Shown here one piece after another: positions 43,488 through 57,059 of a stretch of 64,000 bases of DNA (positions are counted from its first letter, which is position 1; each line of letters starts with the position of its first letter). A program made the position numbers and the translations under genes. The DNA is taken from assembly GCF_009914755.1 (NCBI RefSeq), contig NC_060925.1, one strand, 5' to 3'. The notes below the pieces were generated by a model. The model ran no database searches. It was not told the origin of the DNA and saw nothing but the letters and a program-made list of their open reading frames with translations. Source of the stretch: the human T2T-CHM13v2.0 reference genome, Homo sapiens.

Positions 43488-46355
43488 CCTTAATGGGAGA
43501 AAATTAGCAAAATTATTTAGATGGAACCTCTTATATCTAAATGTGTACTATTTTTAAGTAGCTTTATTGACTCATATAGGCTTACCCTAAAACTAATGAT
43601 CTGTACTAATAATACAAGAAGCCAGGACTATGATTGCGATATATTTTACCAGAGATGGGTCCTAGTGGTCCTCTGTTCCTCAGGTTGGAACCTAGAACAG
43701 TGTGAAGGCAAGAGGATGACATGGAAGAAAAGAGCCACTGGAAACTGCTAGCTGGTCTTTCAATTAGCAAATCGTTGCGGGGGGGTACCTGTGAAATGTA
43801 AGCAATTCCAGGGAATGCAGAGGTACCATACACATAGTCTTTGTTTGAAAGGAGATTACAATCTCCTGACAAACTATTTCCAGTGCAATTCTCATCTTTT
43901 GCTTTTTACTTTTAGTATCTGGTTGGTACTTATGTTTCAACAGCAGGGGTCATTACCAATGTTATGTATTTATAAAATGAGAACAGAACAATGTACAGCT
44001 CATTTCTCCATAATACTTCACTTAAATCATTTTAGGAAATTAACTGTATTATTAATTGCCTAAAAACAAGACTCCAAGCACCTCCTCAGCCATACATTCC
44101 CCCAAATTTTTCCTTTATAGCTGGTAAAATACTGCAATGGTTACACAAGCTTTAACTGTAAACTTAACTTACAAATATAGTAAAATTAACTTATAGTAAT
44201 GATAAAAAATAAAGTTTCCCCATACTGGGTAATATTTACTTTTATGTCAGAGATGAATACGGAACAAGTAAGAGTCTCAAATGAGCAGCAATAGAGAACT
44301 CAAGGGCTTTAATTATATGATGTGTAATAAAAAGAAATGGCATAAAACACACTGTACTAGTATCCTCAAGGATTAAACTATAAAATGCCTAAATATGTAT
44401 CTCATTCTGACTGAATTATAATCAGGTATTCATCTTCCTGCTACACTTTGTCAACCCTGCACCTCTGAATCCAGTCATTCCTCTGATGTGTATGCCTTAA
44501 TATTAAATAGTTGTCCAGAGTGTATTAGAATTAAATATATATTTAGCAACAAGCAAATGCCAAGAATCATAGGACATCAGCAGGGACCAATGAAGGTATT
44601 ATATATAAAGATTTTAAGCTCGACATATCAGAATAAAGAGATCGTTTTTCTGATTTCAGGAGTGAACTTAACTCCCTTCTCTTTCAATCGGAGTTGGCCC
44701 ATTTTATTATAATTATAAAAACTGTAATTTATAGGATTATTTCGCTATTTGTTGAAAAGCCAATCTAAAGTTCCAGAAGCCACACTTTTTAAATAGTGCT
44801 TTATGTGTTACATATTCTTACATGTAATAAATCACTCTTGAGATGCAAGCAAAGCGAAACAGTAGCATTTCATTTCTCATTAATGGGTCTCAATACAAAG
44901 TAGGAGAGTCCAGGCAAGTCACTTAACTCCTCCAGGTTTTATCTACAAAGAAACTGGTATAAATACCTGCCCTTTCTTACCTTACACAGTTGTCCTGAGG
45001 ATCACATAAGAAAATGTAGTTGTCAAGAGAAAAGTATTCCTACAAGTGCTGGAGCAGAACTGTTGTCATATATTTTTGTTATAGCCAAATTCTTTCAGGT
45101 GAATCACTCAGCTTTTGTACTGTTCGTGCCTTACAGAAAGCTGGAAGTACTGTGCCCCCTGCTGTTGAAATGTGAATACATTTGGTTGCTGGTTAAAAGG
45201 AAATGAACTACACTACAAATACCTCTTTATAATGAAGGTAAAAATACTAAAATAAAAATCTGAAAATTTTCAGAGGAAGCAGCCACCTTTATGCAACAGG
45301 AGCATGACTTTCACTTGATCCATCAAGATGAAGGCAAATAAAATTAATCTTAATCAGAATTTCTTGGTATTGAAACTTTATGATCTAATTTCTTTATACT
45401 TCCTCTCCCTAAGCCCTTGATGTCCTGGGCTTCTAGACCCAATCCCCTAGAGCTCCTCTTGGCTCCTTCCCCAGGCAAAAGAAAAAGTTTCTGATTAATG
45501 TGAAAAACTTAACTCACTGAATGTCATCCGAAATAGACTTCGGAGAGTGTTAAACGATTCGGCTTTTAACCTTTAAGCCACCTGTTTTCAACTGTGTAGT
45601 GAGTTTTGGCACCTTTTAAAAGGGATGCCGTGCACAAGGCAGAGACTTCTGTTTTGTTTTTTCTTTTGCCAGGAAACAGGAAGTGCTAGTTACAGTGGGG
45701 AGTGAGACGGGTAAAAAATGTCTTAAATGCTCATTAAGGTAAAAGGTACCTTACCTTAAGGAAAACATTCCAACAGAATGTTTGTCAGGTACAGAGCACT
45801 TATTTTTGTATCTCTAATTTCCCAGAATAATGCCAATTCATAACCCACAGTAGGTGTTCAATGGATGCTTATTAAATTAAATCACCTTGATTTGGATCTC
45901 TCACGCTGACTGGAAGAAAGGGTCTGTCGCATCCTCAGTCCCCCAAGATCTGGCCTTCGCACAGGTCTCTCTGCAAACCAGGTTCGGTCACATCTATGAA
46001 TCCAACTTTCATCTCCACGGTTTTTAAGATTCCCAAGTGACATGTTTGCATTTAGGGGCATACTTTAATTAGTATATGACGTCTTCATGCTGATGTCCTA
46101 GAATGTATTACTAATATTTCTATTACTATTCCTTAATGGTGATCAACTAAGAAAAAATAAATTATGAAGTCCATCTTGACCAAGAATTCCTCCCCACCAA
46201 GATTTGTAAAACTTTCTGCCACACATATCTGAAGATGATCTTTTTTGACTTTAACACCTAGAAATGTATATTTTAATTTAAAATAGAATTTTAGAAACTT
46301 CTAAGAAATCAGTAATTTTCTCACCAGTTCAGTAAACCACTTTACCAATTAATCT

Positions 46356-46368
46356 TTTATTTTTTATT
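46356..46368 (-). terminator. CHML: Tandem AATAAA, candidate distal CHML polyadenylation signal (about 4.9-kb 3'UTR)
   Basis: TTTATT on + at 46356 and 46363; consistent with a recalled long CHML 3'UTR. Confidence 0.55.
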
Positions 46369-49300
46369 GCATACATCAATATTTAACAGAAGAAAAATAA
46401 AGAACCCCTAATGTTAAACTGAATTACATGTTATCTTCTGATTCTTTTCAATGTAGACCTAAATTTTCACATGTATCAGTAAACACAATTTATGTTCTTA
46501 TTAACATTTTTGAATCTCACTTTTTTGCATACAATTTGACATATATCAATATTATTGAATGGCTATATAACATTCTGTGATAGCACTAGCAATACACCAA
46601 AATTTACTTAACCATTTCCAATCGTTGGGCTTTTTTCCCCCTTAAAGTTATCTGAGTGGAACTGCTAGAAAACTTTGTACAAATAGCTTTTCTTTCTTTT
46701 AAATATTTTCCTGGGCATATGCCACTCAAAGTGAGTATGTCAAAAGATCAGTTATAAAGCCCTTTTTATAGTCTTCTACACAGTTCTCTTAAAAGGCTAC
46801 TAATACACAATGCTGCTGCTATAAGGACACATGCAATTAAAACAGTTTTGCTAATACAATAGCATGAACTAAGTCAAAGTTGCATTTTTAATATTAGGAA
46901 ATTTGAATACCATTCAAATTGATTTTTTATATCATTTATACACGATCGCTTTATAAATTTGCCTAAGAGTACAAACCCTTATGGATATGCATATAGTTTT
47001 ACAAAAACTGAGTGCATCCATGTGTAATGCAAATAGCTTCTTTTAAATTCCATCTTGTTTTGTCTTTTTCCTATTTACTACACATTTAAAACTTTTTCTC
47101 TTAGTTGATCTACCTTGCCAATTGCCATGAAGTTCCTTTATACCACTATTGGTGTGAGACTTGTAGTATTTTTCTTTTTATACTTAACATTTTAATTCAT
47201 TTGGAATATCACATGTAAAGTGGATCTAATCTTTCCACACTGACATCTAGCTAGTCTTTCCACCAGCAGTTATTAATATTTCTTTCTTTCCATTGGCTTA
47301 TTAATTTCAGTTAAACTTTCTACTTGGCACCACAGAATATTCAGAAAGGTTGCTTAATAGCATGTTTTAAGGATTTGGAGAGCAAGGCTCCCATTTTTTC
47401 CCCCTAAATTAAAAAAACTTACATCTTTGCTTGCTTTCCTAAATAATTTATTACAATTATGCCATATTCCACACAGCAACCAGTTGGAATGTTAAATGGA
47501 ACTGTAGTAAATTTCATACTAATGTCACATATTGGCATTTCTTTGGATGTAGCTTTATATTTTAAAACACATTATCTAACTTAATCCCCACAATAATTCT
47601 GTGAAGTATTTCTCTTCTGTAGATGGTGAAATAGATACTAGGAGTGACTTTCCCAAGAGTATACAACTGGTAAGTAGTGAAATGAGAACTGTAATTCTGG
47701 TTTTCAAAAAAACTCCCCATCTCCCCATGTACTACTTTTCCACTACACTGGCATGGCTCCCATGGGAGTTTGTTCATGTTTAAAAATATAGCTCTTTAAA
47801 CTTGCTTCTATTTAGGCATCTTTCTTAATTTATCTCTATGTAGTTATATAACTTTCTTTAAAAGTCTCATATATATTAATAACCAAACACACTTTTTAAA
47901 TTGCAGTTTGTCACTGCTAAGATGTAGAAATGAGATTTTTAAAAATTGTGTATCCTGCAACTTCTTGAATTAGTCTTTGTTAGTACATTTTTATACTATA
48001 AGTTTTAGCAGTTGTAAAGCCATGTTAATAGAAAATATTTATGCTACTTTCCTTATCTTCCTCATTTTGTGAATGCTGGCTTTTATTGCAATGACAGGTC
48101 TCTTTAACCATATATAAAAATAGTGCCAACACTGTTTACTTTCCACTTGAGAAATGTTTATGTTTTCCCAGTAGGAATAATGGTAGTTCTTGGTTTAAGT
48201 ACTTAACAGACTCCGAGAAGTCTATTAAATAATTGCCAGAGAAATAATTAAATCAAGGGTGAATGATGAATTTTTGAAAAGTTATCTGTAATTAATACTT
48301 TGGATTTTACTATTTGTTCTTTTGATGCTGATTTAATGGCTGTTCTGCTTAACACCAGCCTTATAATCCTGAGTGATAGTAAATTATTTGTTGCTGTATT
48401 GTTTGTCAATATTTTATTTTGCATTTTGCATCTGTTGAGAATAAAATCCTTCTAAAAATGTCTTTTAGTACTGAGAACATGTCTGCCTCAAAAGACAATT
48501 TGAAGCATACTGTCCTTCATGATACATGGATAGACATTATTTAAACATTTGAAAAAGTTCACCAGTAAGTCCATTAGGGTCAAAGTCCAACCTGTCAGAA
48601 AATTATACTGGGTTACAATATCCCCTAAATTTTTAAATGCTTTTTATTGGTATAACTTCTCATTTCCCACTTATTTTGTATTAAGAAATATATTCATTTT
48701 CTTCATTTCTAAATCAACCTTTATTTTCGACTAATTTTTCCTATTTCCATTATATTCGGCTATACCATCTTTTGCAACTTCTGATTGTTCCTTTTCTCAA
48801 TTTCTTATGAATAATCTGTGATACTGAAAATCTTTTCGGTAGATCTGGAATACCTTCACCTTCATTTTATTTATCATCTTATGTATTTCTCATTTTAATT
48901 ACTATTTTATAGGTCTATTTCAAGTATTTCAGTTGTTCTGTTAGATTTAAACTTTAGGATAAAGTTTAAATATGACTTTTACTATATTTTTAAAAGTCAA
49001 TACAATCCATGACTTTGCTACTTTAAGTAAGTTGTCAATTACTTAAATCTGTCTAGTCTCATTTTCCTCACATATAGAGGAGCAAAAATTAGTGTATTCC
49101 GAACAAATTTTGGCCTGATAATATTTTTTGTAACACAATCTTCAGATCATGAGATGTGTTACTGAAGAACATTTTGTTAAAATTTAGCCAAATTCTGCTT
49201 CGAGATCCATGCTCTAAAATATGTTTGTTTAGTTCATCTTATCTTCACATTTCTCTGATTCAATAAGCTGCAGGACCAGTGTGTGCTTTTTACCCCCGGC

Positions 49301-49484
49301 AATGCTAGACTAATTTTCGTGGGCACTTTCTCTTTCTCCTGCAGCGCCTACACTCTCTAACAGTGAATGTTAGTAGAAAGATCAAAGGTTTTAGAATCAC
49401 AAAAGGCTGGGTCCCCATGTTGGCTCTTCCACATACCAGATTCTGAGCAAATTACTAATAATTCTCTTATTTCTTCTTTGAAGG

Positions 49485-49840
49485 TGATATGGTTTGGCTG
49501 TGTTCCCACTCAAATCTCATCTTGAATTGTAGCTCCTATAATTCCCACGTGTTGTGGGAGGAACCTGGTGGGAGATAACTGAATCATGGAGTTGTTTCCC
49601 CCATACTGTTCTCATGGTAGTAAATAAGTCTCACGATATCTGATGGTTTTAAAAGGGTTTCCCTTTTCACTTAGTTCTCATTCTCTCTTGTCCACCGCCA
49701 TGTAAGACGTGCCTTTCACCTTCCACCATGATTGTGAGGCCTCCCCAGCCACATGGAACTGTGAGTCCATTAAACCTTTTTCTTTACAAATTACCATCTC
49801 AGGTGTGTCTTTATCAACAGCATGAGAACACACTAATACA
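49485..49840 (+). mobile_element. THE1 (THE1B/C-like) solo LTR
   Basis: tgatatggtttggctgtgt...ctaataca; 5-bp TSD gaagg/gaggg. Confidence 0.93.
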
Positions 49841-51269
49841 GAGGGTACATGCGAATTTGCCTCACAGGATTGTTGAGAAACTGTCATGAGAAAGCATAAT
49901 ACTAGGTACCAAACACATGATAAATACTATTTCAGAGCAAAAACTGTCACAGGGATCATCATACTCTGACTGAAGAATGGAAACTGGACTAGAGGAAAAG
50001 CAAGTTCATGTCTTCTGACAGCTCCACAGGTTTTCACCATTAGAGTACTACCAGTTTTATGACGTTGGGTGGCTCTGGGAGAAAAAAAGTTTCTATACTC
50101 TGGATAACAGCTAAGAGGCAAGAGAGATTACAGAAAATTGTTACTTCACAATTTGTTAAGTGGGACACAACCGAAAGGGCATGGTAAATCCTCCTTTGAT
50201 TCATTCCTATCAGTTATGTTATAGTGATATTAATTAAAGTGGTAGAGCCAACAAGGTGGTATGTTTCATTCTCACTGAAAAACCTTGGGTAATCTATTTA
50301 TAGAGGGTTTTATAAGTATCTGTAATCTCAGGTTAAAAAGGCCTCACTCTGTTTCTCCTTAGGAATTCCTAAGAATTCCTCCTTAGGAATTTCAGAACAG
50401 CCCTTCTGAAGTATCTTCTCCTGGGGCACTTCATTTTTCCTTTTGGTCTAAGTTACTTGTTGGAAGCTATTTTAAGTGCCAGGGCAGGGCTCTGCAGAAA
50501 TTTTCTGAAGTATTAAATAAGAATAAATCTTATCTTTCAAATTTCCTTTGCAATCAACCTCCCCAAAATGAGCTTTACAACCACTAATTGAACTCCAATT
50601 CTTTTTGTAAATTAGAATACTGTGGTGGCATCATTGCCTCATCAGTTACAAGGGTCAAGTGAGTATTATAAACTTCAGACCTTCACAGTGCATAAAGGAT
50701 CATGCAAAGCTAATCTTTAAACGATTATAGACAAATGTATTTTATTATCATATTGGCATTTGTATTAGTTGCTATTCCTACCACCATGTCTATACATTTA
50801 TATTATATGCAAAAGATCCACATAATTTACCATTTGTGTATGTTTCACTATTCGAACAGGCCGCAGCAACTGTAACAGCTGCAAAAGTAATTAAAATATT
50901 ACTTGGGTATTACTAATTGTTCTGTAGACAAAGATAAAATCTGAAGATCATTAGCAAATACATTACCTTTAAGCTGAGTTGCTAATATGGAACCCTTACA
51001 TATATACCCAATACTAAAATAAAGCTAACTCTGTTTTAAGATTCTGGGTCATATAGCCCATTCTAAACAAAATGTTCAATAATCAATAAATCACTCATTG
51101 ATAGGTTAACAAAGATATTCAATGAATGTCTGAGAGTTAAAGACAACATCTGCATAGCATTCATCATATATAACCACTTCTAATTACTCATATGGGAAAC
51201 TGTCCTTTAAATGAGAAAATTCTGATGCCATGAAGGAGGTCCAAAACAGCATTTCGAGATTGCTCTTTT

Positions 51270-53240
51270 CTAATTTTGAAGGTGCTTCTCTGGGCTTTCT
51301 AGGTTTTTGCTTTCCTCAGAGGATTCTAGTTTGGCCATTACTACATTATTGGTTCCAGGAGCCTCTGGCTGCTTATCATCACCATCAAAGATAATGTCTT
51401 CTGGATTTGGAGGTGGAGGGCAGAATTCTTCAGTTGGAAAGATCTCCTGGAAAAGTGTTTCAGCTTGCTTGACAGCATGCTCATTTCCCAGGCCACAGTC
51501 AGGCCCAGAGCAGACATAAACATTGGAAGGCAAGCCATTATACGAGCTTCTGCTGATTCCCGAGGAATCTCTCATATTAAAATAAAGAGCCCACAAGAGT
51601 CTTGGCTTTGTAAGTTCTTCCTCGTTTATTTCTGTTTCAGTATACGGAGTGAATAATTTCTTCACCACTGATTCTAAGTCTTCTCTTGCTGTTTTAGAAG
51701 ATGAACATGTCAAATGTACCAGATAGGTGTCCTTCATGCATGTCATGGTTGAAGAACATAATTCTGTGACCCGTACAGCACAAGCTCCTGGCTCTGCTGG
51801 AGGAACTATCAGAATGGAAGTCTGCTGATCTAAATCTGTCTTTAGTATAGACTGATCTGTAATGAGTACTGCCCTAGAGATCTGCTTATACTGCACATTT
51901 GAGCATGTTTCCTCAGAAAGGTAACTGTCTTCCACAATAAAATATTTAGCATTTATTCTTTGACCAAAGTGATCTATAATTGCTTTACATCGTCCAGATT
52001 CTTTGTCGACTACAAAGCATTGTACTTTATGACGAAGACAATAGATTCCACCAAAAACTGCACACATCCTACAGAAACCCTGGGGAATTTCTCCTTGGCC
52101 ATACAAGGGAAATAAAAAGGGGGTGTTGCCAAACCGTCCGAGACACTGAAGGAAGTTTTTAGTTGCGTTAAGACCATCTATTGTAGTGCAAGATGATTCT
52201 GATGTCATTGCAATTGAGTGCAGTACAAAATGTTGAAGGTTGGGAGTTAGTTTTTTAGTTTTTAAGTATTCTGAAAATGAACACTGCCTGAAAGCTTGGT
52301 ATTCATCAGGATGTTGTTCATACTCTAAACAAAATGTGAGAAATTTCATTAGCATCCTCTTTTCAACCATGGTGAGTTCCTTGCTATTAAAGACATCTGC
52401 TCTGGAACAAGGAACTTGTTCTACCTTTCCTTCCCGAAATGCAAGAATCCTAGTGACATTTTTAAATTCTACATAACGACTAACATCTGATTTGATTAAA
52501 AGATCAATTAGCAATCCTTGAGAATACAGCAGTTTTGACACCAAATCAATATTAAACCTCCTGCCTTCTTTAACTATTTGAGAGTAAGTAATCCTATTTC
52601 TAATTGGTTCATCGGCCTTATCTTCTACTGTAGATTTGCTTTCATCTTTATCTCCATCTTTATCTGAAACTGTGTGCATACAAGTTTTATCTCCACAATA
52701 CTTTTCCTTCTCCACTGATTCCTCTACATCAGTTACTTCTAGTGAAATCTCTGTATCACTTTTCTGAGTGTGTTTTGCAGGCATTTCGTCGCTATTAAAA
52801 TACGATAACTGGCTTTCTTCAGGTAATGCAGAATCCAGAACTTCAGTGAAGGTATTAGACACCCCCAAAGAAGGATTTTTCTGCAGAGCACCAATCTCTT
52901 CAACGTTGTCCTCCATATCCTGACTGGCGTAGCAAAAAGCTTCTGTGTGTTGAATAGTTTCATCCTTCTTGCGAAGAGTGATGGCTTCTTCTGTTTCATG
53001 GATCAGGTCCTGCCATACAACAGTACTTTCTTCCCCAATGTCATTGTTTTGCTGATACTCCTTCAACCAGGATAGCAATCCTGAAAAGCTGAAACTAGCC
53101 CAGTTTCCTCCATAGTAGCTTCTTGAATCAATATGCAGAACCCTCTGACCACTTCTTGAACATGCAGCTGCAAGGATGGATTCGGGCAAACCTGTCCCTA
53201 TTATAACCACATCAAACTCTGTGGGAAGATTGTCCGCCAT
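51270..53240 (-). CDS. CHML: CHML / Rab escort protein 2, intronless retrogene nested in OPN3 intron 1, 656 aa
   Basis: Uninterrupted ORF with GDI/REP motifs [51 protein letters not shown]; Kozak aaaATGG. Confidence 0.99.
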   Translation of the reverse strand: MADNLPTEFDVVIIGTGLPESILAAACSRSGQRVLHIDSRSYYGGNWASFSFSGLLSWLKEYQQNNDIGEESTVVWQDLIHETEEAITLRKKDETIQHTEAFCYASQDMEDNVEEIGALQKNPSLGVSNTFTEVLDSALPEESQLSYFNSDEMPAKHTQKSDTEISLEVTDVEESVEKEKYCGDKTCMHTVSDKDGDKDESKSTVEDKADEPIRNRITYSQIVKEGRRFNIDLVSKLLYSQGLLIDLLIKSDVSRYVEFKNVTRILAFREGKVEQVPCSRADVFNSKELTMVEKRMLMKFLTFCLEYEQHPDEYQAFRQCSFSEYLKTKKLTPNLQHFVLHSIAMTSESSCTTIDGLNATKNFLQCLGRFGNTPFLFPLYGQGEIPQGFCRMCAVFGGIYCLRHKVQCFVVDKESGRCKAIIDHFGQRINAKYFIVEDSYLSEETCSNVQYKQISRAVLITDQSILKTDLDQQTSILIVPPAEPGACAVRVTELCSSTMTCMKDTYLVHLTCSSSKTAREDLESVVKKLFTPYTETEINEEELTKPRLLWALYFNMRDSSGISRSSYNGLPSNVYVCSGPDCGLGNEHAVKQAETLFQEIFPTEEFCPPPPNPEDIIFDGDDKQPEAPGTNNVVMAKLESSEESKNLESPEKHLQN

Positions 53241-53546
53241 TTTAGGAAGTAACAGCGTCTGGTGACAACTGCTGATGAAAGAAATGAGGTGTGATTATGC
53301 TGTAATAAAATCTGTCCTTCTGATGTTCCAGTTATCCCAGAAGCACTGAAGTTGCAGGTCCTAGCTGTTTAACGGTTACCCTTTTAAAATATTTTTTTTC
53401 TTATAAGTCAGTAGCATAAAAACATGAGCAAGTACATCTAATCACATCTGAGAATACTAAAATGGATGTGTGGTTTCATTTCTGCATTTCATCTTAGCAG
53501 TAAATGTCAAAATGCATCATATATGCATTTGTGACTGGAACTCTTC

Positions 53547-53572
53547 TCTGAAAGAAGAAAATTCAAGAAAGA
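53547..53572 (-). promoter_or_regulatory. CHML: Strong 3' splice acceptor 307 nt upstream of the CHML ATG
   Basis: - strand tctttcttgaattttcttctttcag|AGAAGAG; first exonic base 53547. Confidence 0.75.
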
Positions 53573-56500
53573 ATACATTGTAAACAATATAAGAGAAAAA
53601 TAATTTCATGCAACAATGACAATCCATTGGAGTGTGACATCTTATTTGGACATAAACCTCTACTAAAGCATGTCTTAAATGCTTTCTCACATATTTTCTA
53701 ATTTCTTGAAAATGGACAATAGAGATATAACAGCCCTCCCAAGAATCAGGCAACATAGTAATAGAGAATGAACATAATGTTCCACAAAAATAAAGAAGAA
53801 ATAACATAATACAATTCTCTAACTTTAGCTTTTAAGAAAACTATCATGTGAATAAATCTATACACAGCTGTGAGCTTAGACTAAAAGGAACGCATGGCTC
53901 CACTGTTTATAGAAACAGATTATAAACTATGTGCATACTGCCATGATTCAAAATATTTCTGTGGCCATTACAGTCTATGTGTGATTCCAGAACAGCTGAA
54001 TATAAGACCTTTCCATGCCACAACCACCCTTAGGATCTCATGGTAGCAACATGAGACTATTTCTACTCAATTACTAGTCAGATTATTACAAAAGGATTAA
54101 TTCAGTAAAACAACTGGCCATTTAAAAATATTTAGGCTCATAATAGCCCTGAGGAGGAAAATGTATTAAAAATATTATATGAATGTACACATGCATATAA
54201 GTAATAAAGGAAAAAAGTGTGTAAGTGTAAGTAAAAAAGGAAAACTTCTGATTTCATATTAAAATATCTTAACATAAATAATACCTACTTCTAACATTTG
54301 AATACAGTGATGTTTCCATTTCGCCACTGTCTCTGCAACCCTGAATCTCTGCATCCCAAGCAAAAGGTCTATCTAAACATCCTCTGCCAAGACTAACACT
54401 GTTTGTTCTTATTTTTGAAGGGGAAGTTTAAAAAAAAAAAAATAATAAGGTTCTCCTGTTAACTTTGAGCATAATGCTGGTTACATTCCATGTGCGGAAG
54501 ACATCTGTGTGATGCCCTGTGTGGCCAGAGGTAGAAAGGCCAAGGTGCTGAAGAGCATACTCACCTGAAAGTCTTTAGGCTAAAGCAACAATACTGCTAA
54601 ACTTTCTAATATTCATCATTGCACAGTTTTGAGCTCTGGTTTTCACTACTGTTAAACCTACTGAAATATAAATCAGTACAAGCTGTACCTGTCTAGCCCA
54701 AGATGACTAATAATCCTGGATACTGGAAAAACAAGCCATTCAATTGGAACTTAGATTAAATTGCATAGGGCACACACCTTTAGTTTAACTAAAATGGCAA
54801 TCCTAACAGTCCTGTCTAGTCAAAGCCTCTGTCTCAAAAATATCAAGGATTCCACTCATTTTTGGCATTCCCTAAGAAGCCAGGAACTAAGTACAGAATG
54901 CAGCAGTTGCCTGGCCCACTCAAGTATAAATATAAGTATGTCTGAATTACTTATTCTGCTTCTTCCAGCAGGGTGTGAAGATGGAGACTGAATCTATGAT
55001 GGTATCTGAAGAGGTGTAACCATAGTACATGCTGCTTCTTGGCTTAGAAAGACAGGGCTCAGGGTAGGAGTAGGAGCAGAAGACACAATCAATAAGCGCT
55101 AAGATCAGTCACGTTCTAACCTACAGATATCAAAGGGGTCATCAAAATGCAAAGCAAGTAGGATGGCCTTACAGAGCATTAAGCTGAATTACCCAATAAT
55201 AGAGATGAGAGAACTGATAGCTGGAGAGATTAAGTGACTTGAGAAAGCCCGCACAATGCATGAGTCGCAGGATAAGGAACAGGATCCACTCTTGTGCCAT
55301 CAGACCAATGGTCTTTCCAACAGATAGGGCAAGCCTCTCCAAAAGCCTCTGCATCAAGAAGCTACTTCCCTCATTTTTAACTTCCTCCCCTTCAATACTC
55401 CACTGTTAGGTAGTTCTTGCTCAGGGATAACTCAGGAAGTGCCCTCCTTTTCTTCATCCTTAACCTGGATCTAGAAGCACAAACTCCGGAATTTACTCCA
55501 GGCAAAGAAATCATCTTCGCTAAAAACTTTTTAAACTCTATAGTAACTTCACTACTAACTTGCCCCCCCGGGGTTAAGTCTCGGAATCTCTTATCTCAGG
55601 GTTTCCACCTCTACATTAAAAACAGGGAGAAAGTCATGGTTGAAAGCACTAAATGCCCTGAAAAATAGGGCAGCCCTCAGGCAAAAATCTAAGTGAACTT
55701 AGAAAATCACTGGGCTGGGACCCTAGGAGGGATGGTGAAGAAGAAAAACAGGAAGGGAGAAGTGACTAGGAGACACAGGAGGGTGGGATCAGCAGAGGAA
55801 AGAGGTGAGGAAGAGGGTGGATGACAGCTAGCACTTATAAAGAACTCAGTACACCCTTGTGTTCAAACTCCCGGGCACGAAAACAGAATTTTCCAGCACA
55901 GAAAAGGCACTTCAAGGAAAAAAGAACTTTGATGTCTGTGAACAAACACCTGTTGACTACCCTGGAGAACACTACTGATGATACTTTAGGCTTGGGCTTG
56001 AATAACCTTCTTAGCATTGCCGAAGAAACTGCCTGATAGGTATTTTACAATTAATATAAGGAGTGTAATCCCATAGTCGTCCATACCACAGCCTACATAC
56101 ACTTGCAGTCCCCTCCCTAAATTTCAAATGTTTGTTCAAATGAAATTATCAGATTAAAGCTTATGAGGGGCGGGGAGGAAAATATTATAACCTCTGAAGC
56201 AATCAAATAAAATCTATTTTCTTATTTCCTTCAAAACGCCAAAAAATGAATCATTACAAATATAATATTTGGGTTTGTCATAGCATAGAGGTTACTGAAT
56301 AAGAAAATATTTTTGATAATTCTACAAAGATTTTTGTTCTCCCAAACCTACCAAGATTAAAGCAATAAAGTATCAATGGATTTCAGGATTTAAAAAAGGA
56401 ACTTTAAGCCTTGAGAAATACACATTTCTATTTCAAATCTCCCTACAAATGAAATTCCTGAGGCACACAAAAAAATAATTTCCTTTCTACGCTTCCTTCA

Positions 56501-57059
56501 ATGATTTGCTGAGTTGTTGATCATCCTTCAAAACATCATGTCTCAGTGAAACTTAAATCTTCCATAATAAGAGTACTGTCGAAATACATCTTCAACAATG
56601 AAGTTCTACTTTAATGAAATCTACCGATTGCAGAGCTAATTACAGTATTTGTTCACCTGAGATGGTATTGGCTGAGCCATTTGTAATCTCACCCAAGATT
56701 CTGGTGTGCTGGAACCCATCTATAAGACGGAAAATAGTAAAAACAGCTTACAGGGCACATGCCAATTTGCATTCTGAGGACCTGAATGAAACTGTCTCAT
56801 TCCCTAGAAAGCATTCAAAGGTTTACAAGTACTAATGAGAATTTTTTTTTACACATTGTTATTTTGGTTTTCTACTCTCATTTTAGGAAACAAATAGTAG
56901 TACATGAATCTAATCTCATCACTCCCTCCAACTTTCACGAGTTAATCACTTTTTTTCTTGAATCTCTTGACTCTACAGGCCCTCGTCTCTTTCCTCAAAG
57001 TGTAAAAAGCCGTGGTTTCGTGCCTTGTTGAGTGATCTTAGGAGGTAAAAACAAATAAG

